DNA of 64,000 bases from Pelomyxa schiedti (lineage: Eukaryota; Protista; Evosea): NCBI GenBank assembly GCA_020536535.1, contig JAHLWZ010000861.1, positions 1-64,000 on the forward strand. The letters run 5' to 3'. Each line of letters begins with the position of its first letter. Position 1 is the first letter of the stretch. This document shows, one piece after another, positions 1 through 12,093 of this stretch. A program made the translations under genes and the position numbers. The notes under the pieces were generated by a model. The model was not told the origin of the DNA, searched no databases, and saw only the letters and a program-made list of their open reading frames with translations.

Positions 1-2
1 AA

Positions 3-380
3 CAACAAACCACGCAGCCTGATGAACCTCCCACAATTGGGATTCCACCTCCACCGCCTCCTCCCCCGCCTCCAGCATTTGACCTCAGCGTTGTTGACCT
101 TTTGTACGCCAATGGGCCCCTGATACAGTGCCACAACACTCCGCACAGAAACAGCGCGTCCCACAATTCCGGCACCATCGTCTTTGGCGAGTTCAACAAC
201 GAGATCAGGAAGAACAGCGAGATACCCAAGGGGGTGATGCTGGGCACGCCTGCAATTGTGGGAGCACAGAGGGGCAAAGGCAGAGTCATGGTGTTCAGCC
301 CCCACCCTGAATCTACTGGGACTGAGAGGGCTAAGTCACTTCTGATTGATGCCCTAATGTGGCTAACACACCAGACCTGA
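3..380 (+). CDS. 3' part of a BPL_N / glutamine-amidotransferase-like domain protein (5' end outside window)
   Basis: The frame is open from the window edge. Motifs LYANGP and GKGRVMVFSPHPE match the end of the biotin-protein-ligase N-terminal (BPL_N) domain, recognised from memory of the family. Confidence 0.6.
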   Translation, partial: QQTTQPDEPPTIGIPPPPPPPPPPAFDLSVVDLLYANGPLIQCHNTPHRNSASHNSGTIVFGEFNNEIRKNSEIPKGVMLGTPAIVGAQRGKGRVMVFSPHPESTGTERAKSLLIDALMWLTHQT

Positions 381-622
381 TCCTACATAGCTAATAATGT
401 CAAAATCTCACTCAAATTGACTTTTTTGTGTGTTACTACCACCCATAAGTATTGTTTTTTGGGTGCCCTCACATTTATTTTTTTTTGGTTATTTGGAAAT
501 GGGGTGTTTGTTGATGAAAATCTCACCCTTGGATATAAAATAGATGAATGTGGTGTGTACATCTGATAAAACTTATTTTTATTGGTTCTGCTTTTCTAGT
601 TGTTTGGCTCAAAGTCAACAAG

Positions 623-1585
623 TTACAGCTTAAGTTCTTGCACGGCCTAGTATTGGTGATGAGAATGGGTTTGAATAAGAAGAGGGAAAACATACTGCTT
701 GTATGGTATCAAATTGAGCAACAAGAGCGGCCAGCTGGTCACGTGTTAATTCGAGCTTCATGTGCTCCCGCGGTGCTTGTGTTGTTCCATCGGGATGTTT
801 GAGGCAAAGGTCTACTAGCGCAAGTGGCTTGTTAAGAACGGAGCTTTTATCACTGGAAATGCACACCTGTTACGTATTATTTCTTGGAAATAATTATATG
901 TCGGGTTGAATAATAATTAAATGTGGAAACGAGTGACAAACGTGAAGGCGCCAATCAAAGTCCTCAAGGTGAGTCTGTGAAAGTTGACCCAGGGAGTTTA
1001 TGAGACTGGCTCTCATATCATCATGCCTCGAGTTGACACACTCAAACACTGCATCCACAAAGGAAGGGGCTTCAAGTTGACGTAAATCAGCGTCAATCTC
1101 CTGTGGATGAAGAAGTTACGTTGTGCAGTTTGGGCCGTGCCACAGTTACAACTGCGATTTATTTAATCATATAAAATACTAAATCATAGGAATTTTAACT
1201 AGCACTCAAAAATAGAATCCTTCCAAAATAATATCACACCGGCTTTGTGAGTATGTCAAAACGAATGCAATAGGATAGGTAGTCACGCCATGCGTCCATC
1301 ACGTCCAACGGTAACCCATATTTACCCAAGTCACAGTACCGTCCACATGCATCATCAATTAGGGCGTGAAACAACTATGGGAGGAATATTTATTTAAAAG
1401 ATAAACAAATATACATAAAAGAAGGCCTGCGCAAGTGTTGACAACGGTTACATCCCACAATTAGTCAAACAAAACTACGACGCGCGCACCTCGGGGATGT
1501 TACACGAGCGGTGGTCGGCCAGCGACGCCAACTTGGCGGCGCCGTCACCAAGAGCCTCCCCTACACTCAATGTCCTGGTGCTCAT
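623..1585 (-). CDS. COMMD8: COMM domain protein, COMMD8-like (multi-exon)
   Basis: Spliced translation ...SQTHLEDFDWRLH|MCISSDKSSVLNKPLALVDL...LELTRDQLAALVAQFDTIQA|AVQELKL*. DFDW..+.+SSDK is the COMMD8 signature. Confidence 0.75.
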
Positions 1586-1769
1586 TCTCACTCAGTGTCC
1601 CTTGATCCTGTGATGGAGTGATCACCGGTGTGTTCGAGGGGTTTGTTTTTGTTTTTTTTCTCGTTTTTGGGGTCTTTCGTGGTGCGGCCATCGAAACGAA
1701 AAAAACAAGGGAAGGAGCTCCTCGTCCAACAACCAAACAAACACAAAGAAAAAAACCTAGAAGAACACA

Positions 1770-2494
1770 ATGAGTAGTGAGGGTGCAGAGGCGTCCAGCA
1801 GTACAACGTCACCGACGGCTCCCGCAGTTGCTAGTGACGTGTCTGCAGTTGCTACGGGCGGCGGTGGCGGCGGGGGTGCTGCGTGGGACGAAATTGTGGG
1901 ACGGGTGCTGTCTGCAGAGGGCAAAAATGCGGTGGGAATCACGTGCCCTGTGTGCACTTGCAAAATACTACAACCAAACATGGGCACATTTGTAACAGAG
2001 GAGGCATGTATATGTATATGTATATATGTATATATGTACCTACCTTCTTCTGATGGCCGTCCCCGTTTTTTTTTGTGTGTGCGGATTCAATGATTGAACG
2101 TAAACCAGAAGAACTCGCATAATACTACATATATATGTATATATATATGAGGTACATGTGAGTTAACTTCTTGTACTATTAGTTTTATCTCCCGTTTAAC
2201 AAGAAAAGTGCCGGTGGTCAGAATGTGAACAGATTTTGGCAGGTCAAAGACATGTTCGATTTTCTTGTATGAATCCCTTTCCATGCGATGCAATCGGACT
2301 CAAACACGCGCTATCTCCTGCAAGTCACCAACACACCACAGAATATTGGATTCACGAATCAGCTTACGTCATCGGGCACAGTTCAGCGGTACCTCACATG
2401 TGCCGACTGTGAGCGTGAACTGATTGGTATCAGCTTCTCCGATCCCAACAAAATACTCCTGTCATGCGACCGTGTCAACTACACCCTATCATGA
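1770..2494 (+). CDS. RABIF: Mss4/RABIF Rab guanine-nucleotide exchange factor / chaperone
   Basis: KN...CPVCTCKIL, FWQVKDMFDF|NIGFT and RYLTCADCE motifs; both zinc-binding CxxC pairs present. Confidence 0.9.
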
Positions 2495-2785
2495 TGTTGT
2501 ATGCCAGGGGACTGGCCTTTGTACTAATGACTGTGGCTGAATGGATGATTGCCATCCAACTTCTTCTTTTAAAAAAACCCCAGTCTACTACAAATTATTG
2601 CAGTGCAACATGGTGGCTTCCTTTGCATAGTGAGATTCTTCAGGTCATTCACTTTGCAGCCCAGGGTCCCCACAAAGGGAAACACTCTTGGCAGAATGGC
2701 AGAGTGATCCTAGAAAGGTGACGATGGGAAAGGCAACGAAAATCATAAAAATATAAAACAAGAACAAGCACCAAGTCGAACGGGC

Positions 2786-5700
2786 ATGGGAGACGAGGGC
2801 GACGAGTTTGATTATGGGTACGAGGCAGGGGCCGCGGCAGGGTCATCGTCAGCCACCAAATTCGTTGTCTGGGATCACACGGCGAGGGGCGCCAGGCCGA
2901 CGAGGTTCTCTGTCGTCGTAGACACCTCCGGGACACTGGATGTGCGCCCTGACCCCCCACGCAATTAATCCCATCCCGAATTATGGGACGCACCAGCCAG
3001 TCAGACCTGTTGGGTTTTCTTATTGTGTTGCTTTTTTGTAGGATTTGATGCAGGCCATATGTATTGAGAAGGACTATGATGATGGAACTATTATGATTGC
3101 ACCGTTTGAGGATCAGAACAAAGACCTCACTCCTTGCCGTGAGCGTACCCTCCAACAGCTTAATCTTTTGCAAAATCCAGTGGTCATAATTAAGGCTATT
3201 CCTGGATGTGAGGTAACAGCTTTGGTTTTTACCTCCCCCGTGATACTTATATCCCAGTAGTTTATGACAACAACTGAAGCCTCACAAGAGGGTACCCTAT
3301 TGTCTCCGTTTTGGCATTTAACCTAATTTGAAAAGGTTCAGGGGCCGGTTTGGTGCCTCTTGGTTGTGCCAGAGAATCAGATGTAGTTGATACCTCTCGT
3401 CCCACAAATGCGTCTATTGTACCTTCTGGAGGACCAAGTTCAAGTGCAATGTCATCACTTGGCGGGTGGGGTGCATTTTTTAGCAACTGGTCGTCGTACA
3501 ATTTCAGTAAGTCTACCACTGGTTATGTTGGATTGGCGAACCAAGGGGCTACATGCTACATGAACAGCTTCATACAGGTGAGAGGTACTGTGAAACACCG
3601 GAGCTCATTTTGGTGATAGAGTCTCTTTATGACCCCCGAGTTCAGACGAGCTGTTTACAATTGGTCCTTCGAGGAAAAATTCGCCCGCGATTTGGCTGCA
3701 AAGGAAAAGGCAGAAGCTGAATCTGCCACTTCAACTTCAGAGCAGTCAAACAGTACAACTCAGACTACTGGTAGTATCCTCTACGCATCTTCTCACTCTC
3801 ATACATACTAGGAAAGAAGGCAGATGCTCCAGCAAAACGTAATCCCGCTTTTTTGAATGTGTACTAATCCTCTCCACAGCGGTTCTCAATAAAGATGGTA
3901 CACCAGAGACCTACAGGCAAAGGAAGGAGCGCTTGTCAATTCCACTTCATCTCCAGAGGCTATTTTTACAACTCCAGACATCTGAAAAACGAGCTATACA
4001 AACCAAATCTTTAACCAAGAGCTTTGGCTGGGATGATGCAGAGGCGTTTACTCAGCATGACGTTCAGGTGGGTGACTACCTCACGTCAGGACTAATCCAC
4101 ATCAAGGAACTATGCAGAGTGCTGTTTGATGCTCTTGAAGACAACTTTGCTCACACCGAACAAGCTAATTTGATTACAAGACTCTGGCAGGGAAAAATGA
4201 AGGACTATGTCAAATGCCTGGTTTGTAGTCAATCCCAAACTTCAACTCATTTTGTAAGGAATGCGGTACAGAGTCTGCTAGGCAAGACACCTATCTTGAC
4301 ATTGCTCTTGATGTAAAAGGGTTCGGACAAACTGTTGCGGTGAAGAGTATACAAGAAGTAAATAGGCAATCTTTGTTTCCCTATCTAAGGGAGTGTAGGC
4401 CCTTGCCAAGTACATTCAACCTGAGACCCTTGAAGGGCGAGACCAATATAGTTGTGAAAAATGCAACAAAAAAGTGAATGCAAAGAAAGGGCTGGCATTT
4501 GTAACCTTCCCATATTTCCTTATGCTCCAGCTCAAGCGGTTCACGTTCGACTTCGCCACTGTATAATTTGCAATACGAAGTACGTGATATTAACACCCAC
4601 AGGATCGCCGAGTTAAACTAAATGACCGCGTCGTGTTTCCTCTCTTTTTAGATGTAAATGATTTCATTGAAGGTAGCTCAACTGTAGTCTGTGTAATTAA
4701 CACAACACAGGGAATGAAGAGGTTGCACGAAGCAAGTTTATCAACTCCGGCGCCCCCTCTTTTGATCCAAATCAAGAACGCCTTACTCCAACTCCAGACC
4801 GTCCTTATGTGTATGAGTTATATGCCATTCTCATCCACCGGGGAAGGTAATTACTTCTCCTTACATGCTTTATTCCCTTTATTCACTTTCCCTCAGTGCT
4901 TTAGGTGGACACTATTATGCATATATTAAGGTTGTCTCTAAGGTATCCAGTTAATATTTACGCGTACCTGAACAGGCTCTTGATAAAAATAAATGGTTCG
5001 AGTTCAATGATAGCACTGTTGTGGAAATATCTTTTGAGGACATAGAGAGGAGGTTACTTCCCTTGCCCACGACTCTTTGGCAACACCAAACAGTTTTGGA
5101 TATGATGAAGATGAAGAGTCCACATCAAGTCAATCTGGGTGGTTCAGCTCTTACAAAAGTGGTGCAAATGCCTATATGCTCATGTACCGGAAAAGTATGA
5201 GGGACTTATTGTGAACCCAAGTTAATACATTTCGGCAGTTGAGGCAGGAAACCAGACGATCCCCACAAAGGAGGATCTTTCAGCAAATATTCTTCGCCAA
5301 GTAGAGGAGGATCTAGCAAGGCACTTTTTTGGGAGAGGTGGATACTGTTACTCATTTTTTCCTAGGGCAAAACTCAAAGAGGAAAAAAAGAAACTTGAGA
5401 GGGAGACATACAACGTCCGTATTTTCTTTAAAGGGGAGGAAAAGACTCTCTCTGTACATAAGTCTGTTTCCTTTAGAGATGCCTTGGTATTGGCTTAATG
5501 GTTATTTCCACTCATCGATGAACCAGATGAAAGCTGCTGAAATGTTCGGCCAGCAACATAGACCCCTTGAATGCCTAAGAGTTAGACAATATCAAGCTCA
5601 GAGTGATGTACCCCTAGATCCTGTCGCTGGTAACCTTGATGAACCAGTAGAGATGCTGAAATTATCCTATAAGGTATCAATCCATAACATCTGACCGAGA

Positions 5701-7629
5701 ATAATCATGTACTCACAGCCTCTGCTTCTTGAAGTCCGTGAGCCAGACCAAGAATTCCCAGCCTACGACCCCAATTTCATGGCACTGAAGTTGGCATTGT
5801 ACAAACCAGACACTAAAGAATTCGTTTTGCATGACATATCAGTTGAGAAAAAGGGCACAATTGAAACTTTGAGGGTAGGTCCCTGATCCGTCTCCTTACT
5901 CTAACCATCCAACAGGAACTCATTTTCAACAAATTCGGAATTCCAACAGGGGAACAACTTATCGTACAAGAACATGTACAGGTGTGGGGGAATTCACCCC
6001 CTTATTCCATGCTTTCCGACCCTACTGCAAGGCTCCGAGCGGATTGCATGTTATGGGATGGCTCGAAATTATTTGTTGAGTAATGGCACGCAATGTTCTG
6101 CTATCCAAAACTCAATTTATTTTAGGCAGCATGCGCCGTCCTCAGATGGCATTACCATTCCTGCGGACAGTGCTTGTGTGGCGGAAATTGAAAGATCCCG
6201 CAGTCTGTTGAATATTAAGATTATCCATATTGGAATGGGCGAGACACCAGATCTCAACCTTCAACTGTCCAGACAATCAACTCTTCTGGAACTAAAAGAA
6301 AAGCTCAGTTCTGTGTGTGGAACCACTTCCCCGGCATCAACCTAACTCCGAATAAAACAGAGCACAGGTATCCCTGTTGATGAGATGAAACTTTCTAGAG
6401 GCACTGTTAATTGGCGATTTGAAGTTGTGTTGCTCCCTCTGTTTCCCCATTAACAAAAATACACAGATGAAAAATGTTGCGCTTACTCTTGCGGAACATC
6501 ATGTCAGTGACGAGCAAGAATTATTCATCGAGAGAGGAAGACCTTTAAAACCAACAGAGACAACAATGATGTAATTCCAAGTGGCCTAAGTTCCGACTTT
6601 ACTGATGCCGCTTAAGGTTTTATATGTATACTCCTGATTCCTCTGTGAAGATCTACGACCATATGTTCAATCTGCCAGTAGACGAGGCAGAAACAGTCTC
6701 CGATCTCAAGAAAAGGATAAGTGAAGCACTGAAAGTGCAAAAGAATATTGACATGCCATCTGATGTAATGCGACTCAGAGACATGTACAGTCATAGCCAG
6801 CTTGCATCAAAAGTATTTCTTTTTCCTGTATTCCGTATCCCAACTAGAATTCAGGTATTACCAGATAACACGATTATCAAGAACGCTCTTTCTGTAATAT
6901 ATTCCAACAAGCCACTGGCCATTCAGGTGTGTAATAATTTAGAACGTCTTCCTGAATATCCACCGTTCTAAATATTTGCAGCTACTACCGGGCCCGGAAC
7001 CTGTGACAAGTCAATCACAAATGGTATTACTTTTGCAGCAATGGAATCCTTCTACCTTCACTGTTGGGCCTCGTGTGGAGGTAATTCCGTAACCACATAC
7101 CTGCATTCAATCTGATTATAAACCCAGGTTGTGGTACCCGAATCCTTATCTGTTAGTGACCTCCGGAGGAACTTAGCACAACAAATGGGCCTTCCAGAAC
7201 TGGAATGGACAAGAGTTGGCTTGGTGAAGGAACCCTATGCGTCCGTGGGACCCACAAATACTCTAGAACTTCCGGAGCTGATGTGGGACAGAGTTCCACC
7301 TGCTGAGGAGAAACCAAGTAACATTTCAAATCCACTGCTGTATTCTTACCCAATCCCAGAATTGAGAGACCTTCCTATGTTTGTTCGTGACGGAGACCTA
7401 ATTTTCTACCGGGACAATACTGAGAAGCTGAAAGTGCTATCTACTGAAGAAAAAGCTGCAATTCAGAAGGAGATAGCAGCCCGCACACCGTGTGTTACAA
7501 AAAAAAAACACTAGTTATTATTAATAGTTGTTAAATCTAACTTATACACAAAAAAGCCCGCGCATAACAAGTAGCTTCTGGGGATCAAGAAAGGAGACTG
7601 CCCTAAAAATACACACCGACAAGGACTAA
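2786..7629 (+). CDS. USP47: Ubiquitin carboxyl-terminal hydrolase USP47-like (many exons, C-terminal UBL-like region)
   Basis: Cys box [56 protein letters not shown], His box [21 protein letters not shown], and C-terminal RKETALKIH. All are collinear with animal USP47. Confidence 0.9.
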
Positions 7630-7690
7630 CACACCAAAATCGCCAGTTTTTTGTTTCACTAATATTGGTATACAATAAACCTTCCCACCA

Positions 7691-8627
7691 TCACAAGTGT
7701 TTCCACATCCAATACAACTTCTTTTCACAGTTAGTGCGATTAGAGTGGGTATTACCCATACCTGCTCAGCACTCTTTGTTGACAACCTAGGGGGAGGTGG
7801 TGCTGGTGGGGGACAGGGTGTAATTTTGGAGCTGGGATCAGACCCAATACTAGTTGAAGCTGCAGTTGCTGCTTCTGATGTTGCAACCTTAAAATTGAGG
7901 ATTTGTTAGATAGACGAAAATAAGGGATAGGAGGAACATACAGATGGTTGTTCCGGATGGATTTGTTGGTTTTGGAGAAGGGTGAGAACGTTGGAGTTTG
8001 ATGCCAGGGTTGTTGAAGGTGTTATTGTTACAGAGGGCCCGTCAATGAACCCGTGGTGTGCGTAGAAATCGTGCTTGTCCTTGGTGCTGAGATATATTGC
8101 GTCGAATCCCATTTCAGTTGCGGTTTTCTGTGCGTGGTTCAGCAGTATTGTTCCGTAGTTCCTGCCTCTCCATTGGCTGGAAACGAGCACTTTGTTATTA
8201 TGGTGAGTGCCTTATCAGATCCATTTCGCAAGTGTTACACTTATGTGCACTTATGCATTTATTGGATTTCAGTGGGTAGAATATATTCCATAGAAGTGAA
8301 TGGAACCATTTTCAATGCCAACCGGATGTGGTGTAGTCACTGGGGAATGAACAACAAATGCGAAGCTGTATCCACCAATGACAGTTTTCCCATCACATAA
8401 GACCAAAGCAAAGTGCAGCGGCAATCCGTCGTTCGATTTGAGTAGAGTTTCGGTTCTAATAGAGAAAAGGGGAAGTCAAACATGCATCATTCATACTATA
8501 AGTGCATTCCCCTTAATTACCTATTCTGTTTTGATCTAGGCCAGTGTGAATTGAGTACATCACCAAGTGGATCAACAACCCACCTGTTTTCATGCACCTG
8601 TTGTAGGTCAAACAAAACATCAAACAT
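7691..8627 (-). CDS. NAA80: GNAT acetyltransferase, NAA80-like (actin N-terminal acetyltransferase)
   Basis: LNSHWPRS, IENVLVSSQWRGRNYG, IYLSTKDKHDFYAHHGF, a poly-Pro loop, and C-terminal LYWMWKHL*, matching NAA80 features. Confidence 0.75.
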
Positions 8628-8899
8628 TCAAAAAAAAACAAAAAAAAACCTTTAGTAGGGATGGATTTAAACACGTTTTTGAGTGGCATCCCAGACACAC
8701 CAATACACCAACCCCCGGCTCACCACTTTCGCGCCCCCCGGACATTAATTTTGCAGTGTCTTTCGAATCGCCTAGTTCAAAGAAAACTGGGTTTTGATTC
8801 TGTAAACAACAAATGGAGGTATTATTTTGAGCTATTTGGGGTGTTGGCTGGGTTTGTACATTTTTTTTGTGTGGTATGTGCTATGGTATGGTTCTGTTT

Positions 8900-11800
8900 T
8901 TAGCTTTTGGCAGCGTCGGCAGCTTTCTTAGCGGCTGCGGCTTTCCTTTCTTCGTCCCTCTTCCTCCTCTCTTCCTTCTTTTGATCCAGTGGAGGTAATG
9001 GCGCCGGTGGCCCCCTGTTGCGATACAGAATCACGGCAATGGATACAAAGAGATGAAGCCCAGTCCACAGTACCGCGAACCCGATGGAGAATATGTAATC
9101 CACAATCACGGACTAGTATGTATGAGGGAGGGAAATGTTGGTTAATCAATTGATAAGCGGAATGTTTGGTGGCTTGGGATTTTTTTGGAAAGAATTACCG
9201 CTGCTGGGAGGGAATCATCTGTCACGTTTGTGTATGATATCCCGAGTTCTAGAACGGCTGAGATGCAGTGACCGACAATGAGGCCAAATGTGACCAGGAA
9301 AGCGGCCAGTAAGTACAAATCCATGTATGTGAGATACTGTGTGCAGAGTTAACGGTTCTAAAGATATTCTCCATCCCCAATACAAAGGTGTTACCTGTGT
9401 CTTGCAAACTGTCACACCGGTGGAGAACCTTTTCCCAGTTACAACACAAATATAAAAGATAGAGATATCAAACATACTTGAAGAATACAACAGCGGCAAC
9501 AATGGCTGCAGAAGCTTCAAATCGGCTGAAAATGGAACTTGCCTCCTTCTCAACAAACACAACAAATCCGGCTCTATTAATGCATTCAGCCCAATGAATA
9601 TCCACAAAAAAAAAAAAAAAAAAAAGAAAGGGAGAAAAAGGGAAAGGCGCTATAACATACGCAACGATGCAAAACATTGGAACGAGGCAATTCCAAATGT
9701 AGTATGCCGTCTTTCTTTGGGCTGTTATCTTGTGGAGGGTGAGAAGTGACTAAACGAATTGAAAAAGAGACCTGAATTCCTTCCACATATTGTGACGGAG
9801 AATAAAATATTGTTGAATGGTAAACATCCCAATCCTCACATTCAGGGGTCGCTGAAGGATGCGTTTTGGTGCCGAATGATTGGTAATCTTGCGTACACCC
9901 ATCATCGATGGGGTTGAGGCGTTCGAATTTTGGGGTAAAGGCCGTAGTAGATAAAGGCCACCTGGAAGTTGGGTGAGGTTTGCGTGAGAATATGAAAACA
10001 TATACAGAGCCATTTCAAATTGGTGTTTATCGAGAGGGAAATGTTGAAGTTGCAGTACTTTGCTGAATTCCCCTTGTGCTTTCCATTTGTACTTCACCAG
10101 TGGGTTATGGTTGTCATTATTCCTTTTATCTTTTTTTAGGGTTTGTTGCTTTTCAATCTCTGTATCACGAGCGTCAATAGTCACTGAGTGGTAAATGACA
10201 CTGAAAGAATCTTGCGAGGATAAATTTTGGAATGTAAGTGGGGGTAGCCAGACAGTCTCTGGAACAACAGTCCACTCTGTTATGTTTTTGTCTTTGGGCA
10301 TGTTTATCTCGTGTTGTGACTGCCAACTCATCCTCATAGAGACAGTCACTTGGAACTGGGATGTGTCAGAAACTTTCAAGTTTTTTATGTGCGCACTTTA
10401 TTGTAAGATTCATCCACCTCCATCAGTTTAACTTTCAACTGTTCAACAGTGATCTTTATCTGCTGGTAATCATCCTGGTGAACTCTCGAACTGGTCTGTG
10501 TTGCTGCCACTATTGTCTTAATGCGATTGGCATCACCATATTTAATGGGCGAATCTGATTCAAATTGCAAATCAGTAAGGTCATCAATTTCCATGGTTTT
10601 TACAGCATTTTCAGTTATCTACAACGATTTAGAAGAATACAATATCCGTGGGATATACTTTGTTTTCTCGACAAGCTTTCACCACACTAGGATGAAATTG
10701 GCACATTGCCAACATCTGACAGAAATCTTCAACTTCCTTACCCAGGGTATGATTTCGAAGTTGAGTGAATAGAATGGTTTGCTCCTCACCACTCAGGTCC
10801 ATTTTATTCTCACTTGCAGCGTACTTTTTCCCAGGACTGTAATATATTCTCAGTAACTGGCATAAATGGCGTAAAACATACATCCAGATATAGGTTTCAA
10901 TTTGCTTGTCAAAAAGTTTCCGTGTGGTCATAGCCGCGAAACTTTTGAGGGTCTGAAGAGTAGTTAATCTTATTGCATATCATACGGGTGTGTACCAGTT
11001 TTTCGCAGTGTGCAACTATTTTCTCTGCAATCTTTTTCTGCACAGGATCCATTATGTTCAGCACGGTCTCCAAGCCTTCCTCACGCTCCCTTGCGGTCAA
11101 TGGAGTACCCCTTGCAGTCATGGGTGAGGAAGTGGCAGGTGCCATCACAGGAGTCCCAGCAGCGGCAGCATTGGAACTAACAACAATACTCGTACTACTA
11201 CTAGTCATCTTCGCAGTATCAACTTCCCCCGCCGTGCCAATGGCACAGCTTCCAGAAAGTGGGGAAGCCCTAGGAGTGGTACCAGATTTTACAGAAGCGG
11301 CCGTCAGACTAGGCACCCTACTACTACTGCTGCTGCTAGTAGCGGGAACAGCAGCAGCAGCAGCAGCGGCGGTAGTAGTATTAGTAGCAGCATGAGCATC
11401 AGTACGAGACTGTGTAGCACCACTCCCACCGCCACCACCACCACCACCGCTAACAACAACCACAACGGCCGCATCCGTGCCAGTCCCCCCCTCGCCGCCG
11501 CCGCCGCCGCCACCACCACCACATGACGACGACGATGACGACGGCGACGCCAGCTTGGTCACTGGTGCACTCTGCGGCACGTCCTCCTCGTCCTCGTCCT
11601 CGTCCTTGTCTTTGGCATTGACACGCCCATCGAGCACCTTGGGCGCACCCTGGCTCCTTCTATTACCCCCGCTGCTCCCGCTGCTGTTGCTCTTGCCGCC
11701 GCCGCCGCCGCTGCTGCTGCTCGCGGAGCGCGGGGATGAGGAGGCCGAGGAGGAGGGGTGGTGGTGGTGGTGGTGGCCGCTGCGCCGCCGCCTCGGAGGA

Positions 11801-11949
11801 GGCCTAGCCACAACACCCGCCGTTGTCGCCGCGGTGGTTGCTGCTGCTGCTGCTGCAACATTTTGCTGGTGGTCTGGGCCGTCCCTGTTGTCGCTACCAC
11901 TTTCTTCGTCGTCCGTTTTGGTCGCGCGCGCCGCTTCGTCGTCCGACAT
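8900..11949 (-). CDS. Cys-less (Pro-loop) pentameric ligand-gated ion channel-like protein with N-terminal low-complexity region, helical repeat and SAM-like domain (copy 1)
   Basis: WLPPLTFQN (WxPxxxxxN), LQHFPLDKHQF (Pro-loop FPxD), pre-M1 RKTAYYIWNCLVPMF, M2 SRFEASAAIVAAVVFFK, YLTYMDLYLL into M3, and a hydrophobic M4 DYIFSIGFAVLWTGLHLF. Confidence 0.8.
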
Positions 11950-12093
11950 CGTGGGATGTATTTTGTTTTTCAGTTTTTTCTCTGATTGATTGATTCAAAC
12001 TTACAAGACTGGGTGGGTAGTAGGTAGGGGGATTCAGTCCCGCGTAACTTACAGTGGTGTGTATGTGGTGTGTGGTTGTGTGTTTTGTGTTGT

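Noticed and set aside
8188-8300. Second apparent non-canonical donor in NAA80 (TATG|GAATAT)
   Set aside because: A canonical AATG|GTTCC donor with the AAG acceptor gives IENVLVSSQWRG, which fits the GNAT motif better.
9750-10379. Possible real Cys-loop (animal-type) receptor
   Set aside because: The loop around FPLD has no flanking cysteine pair, so it is the Cys-less Pro-loop type.
10973-11989. Long plus-strand ORFs (10973-11395, 11477-11989) with poly-Leu/Val/Pro runs
   Set aside because: They are antisense shadows of the trinucleotide-repeat-rich first exon of channel copy 1 and have no independent motifs.
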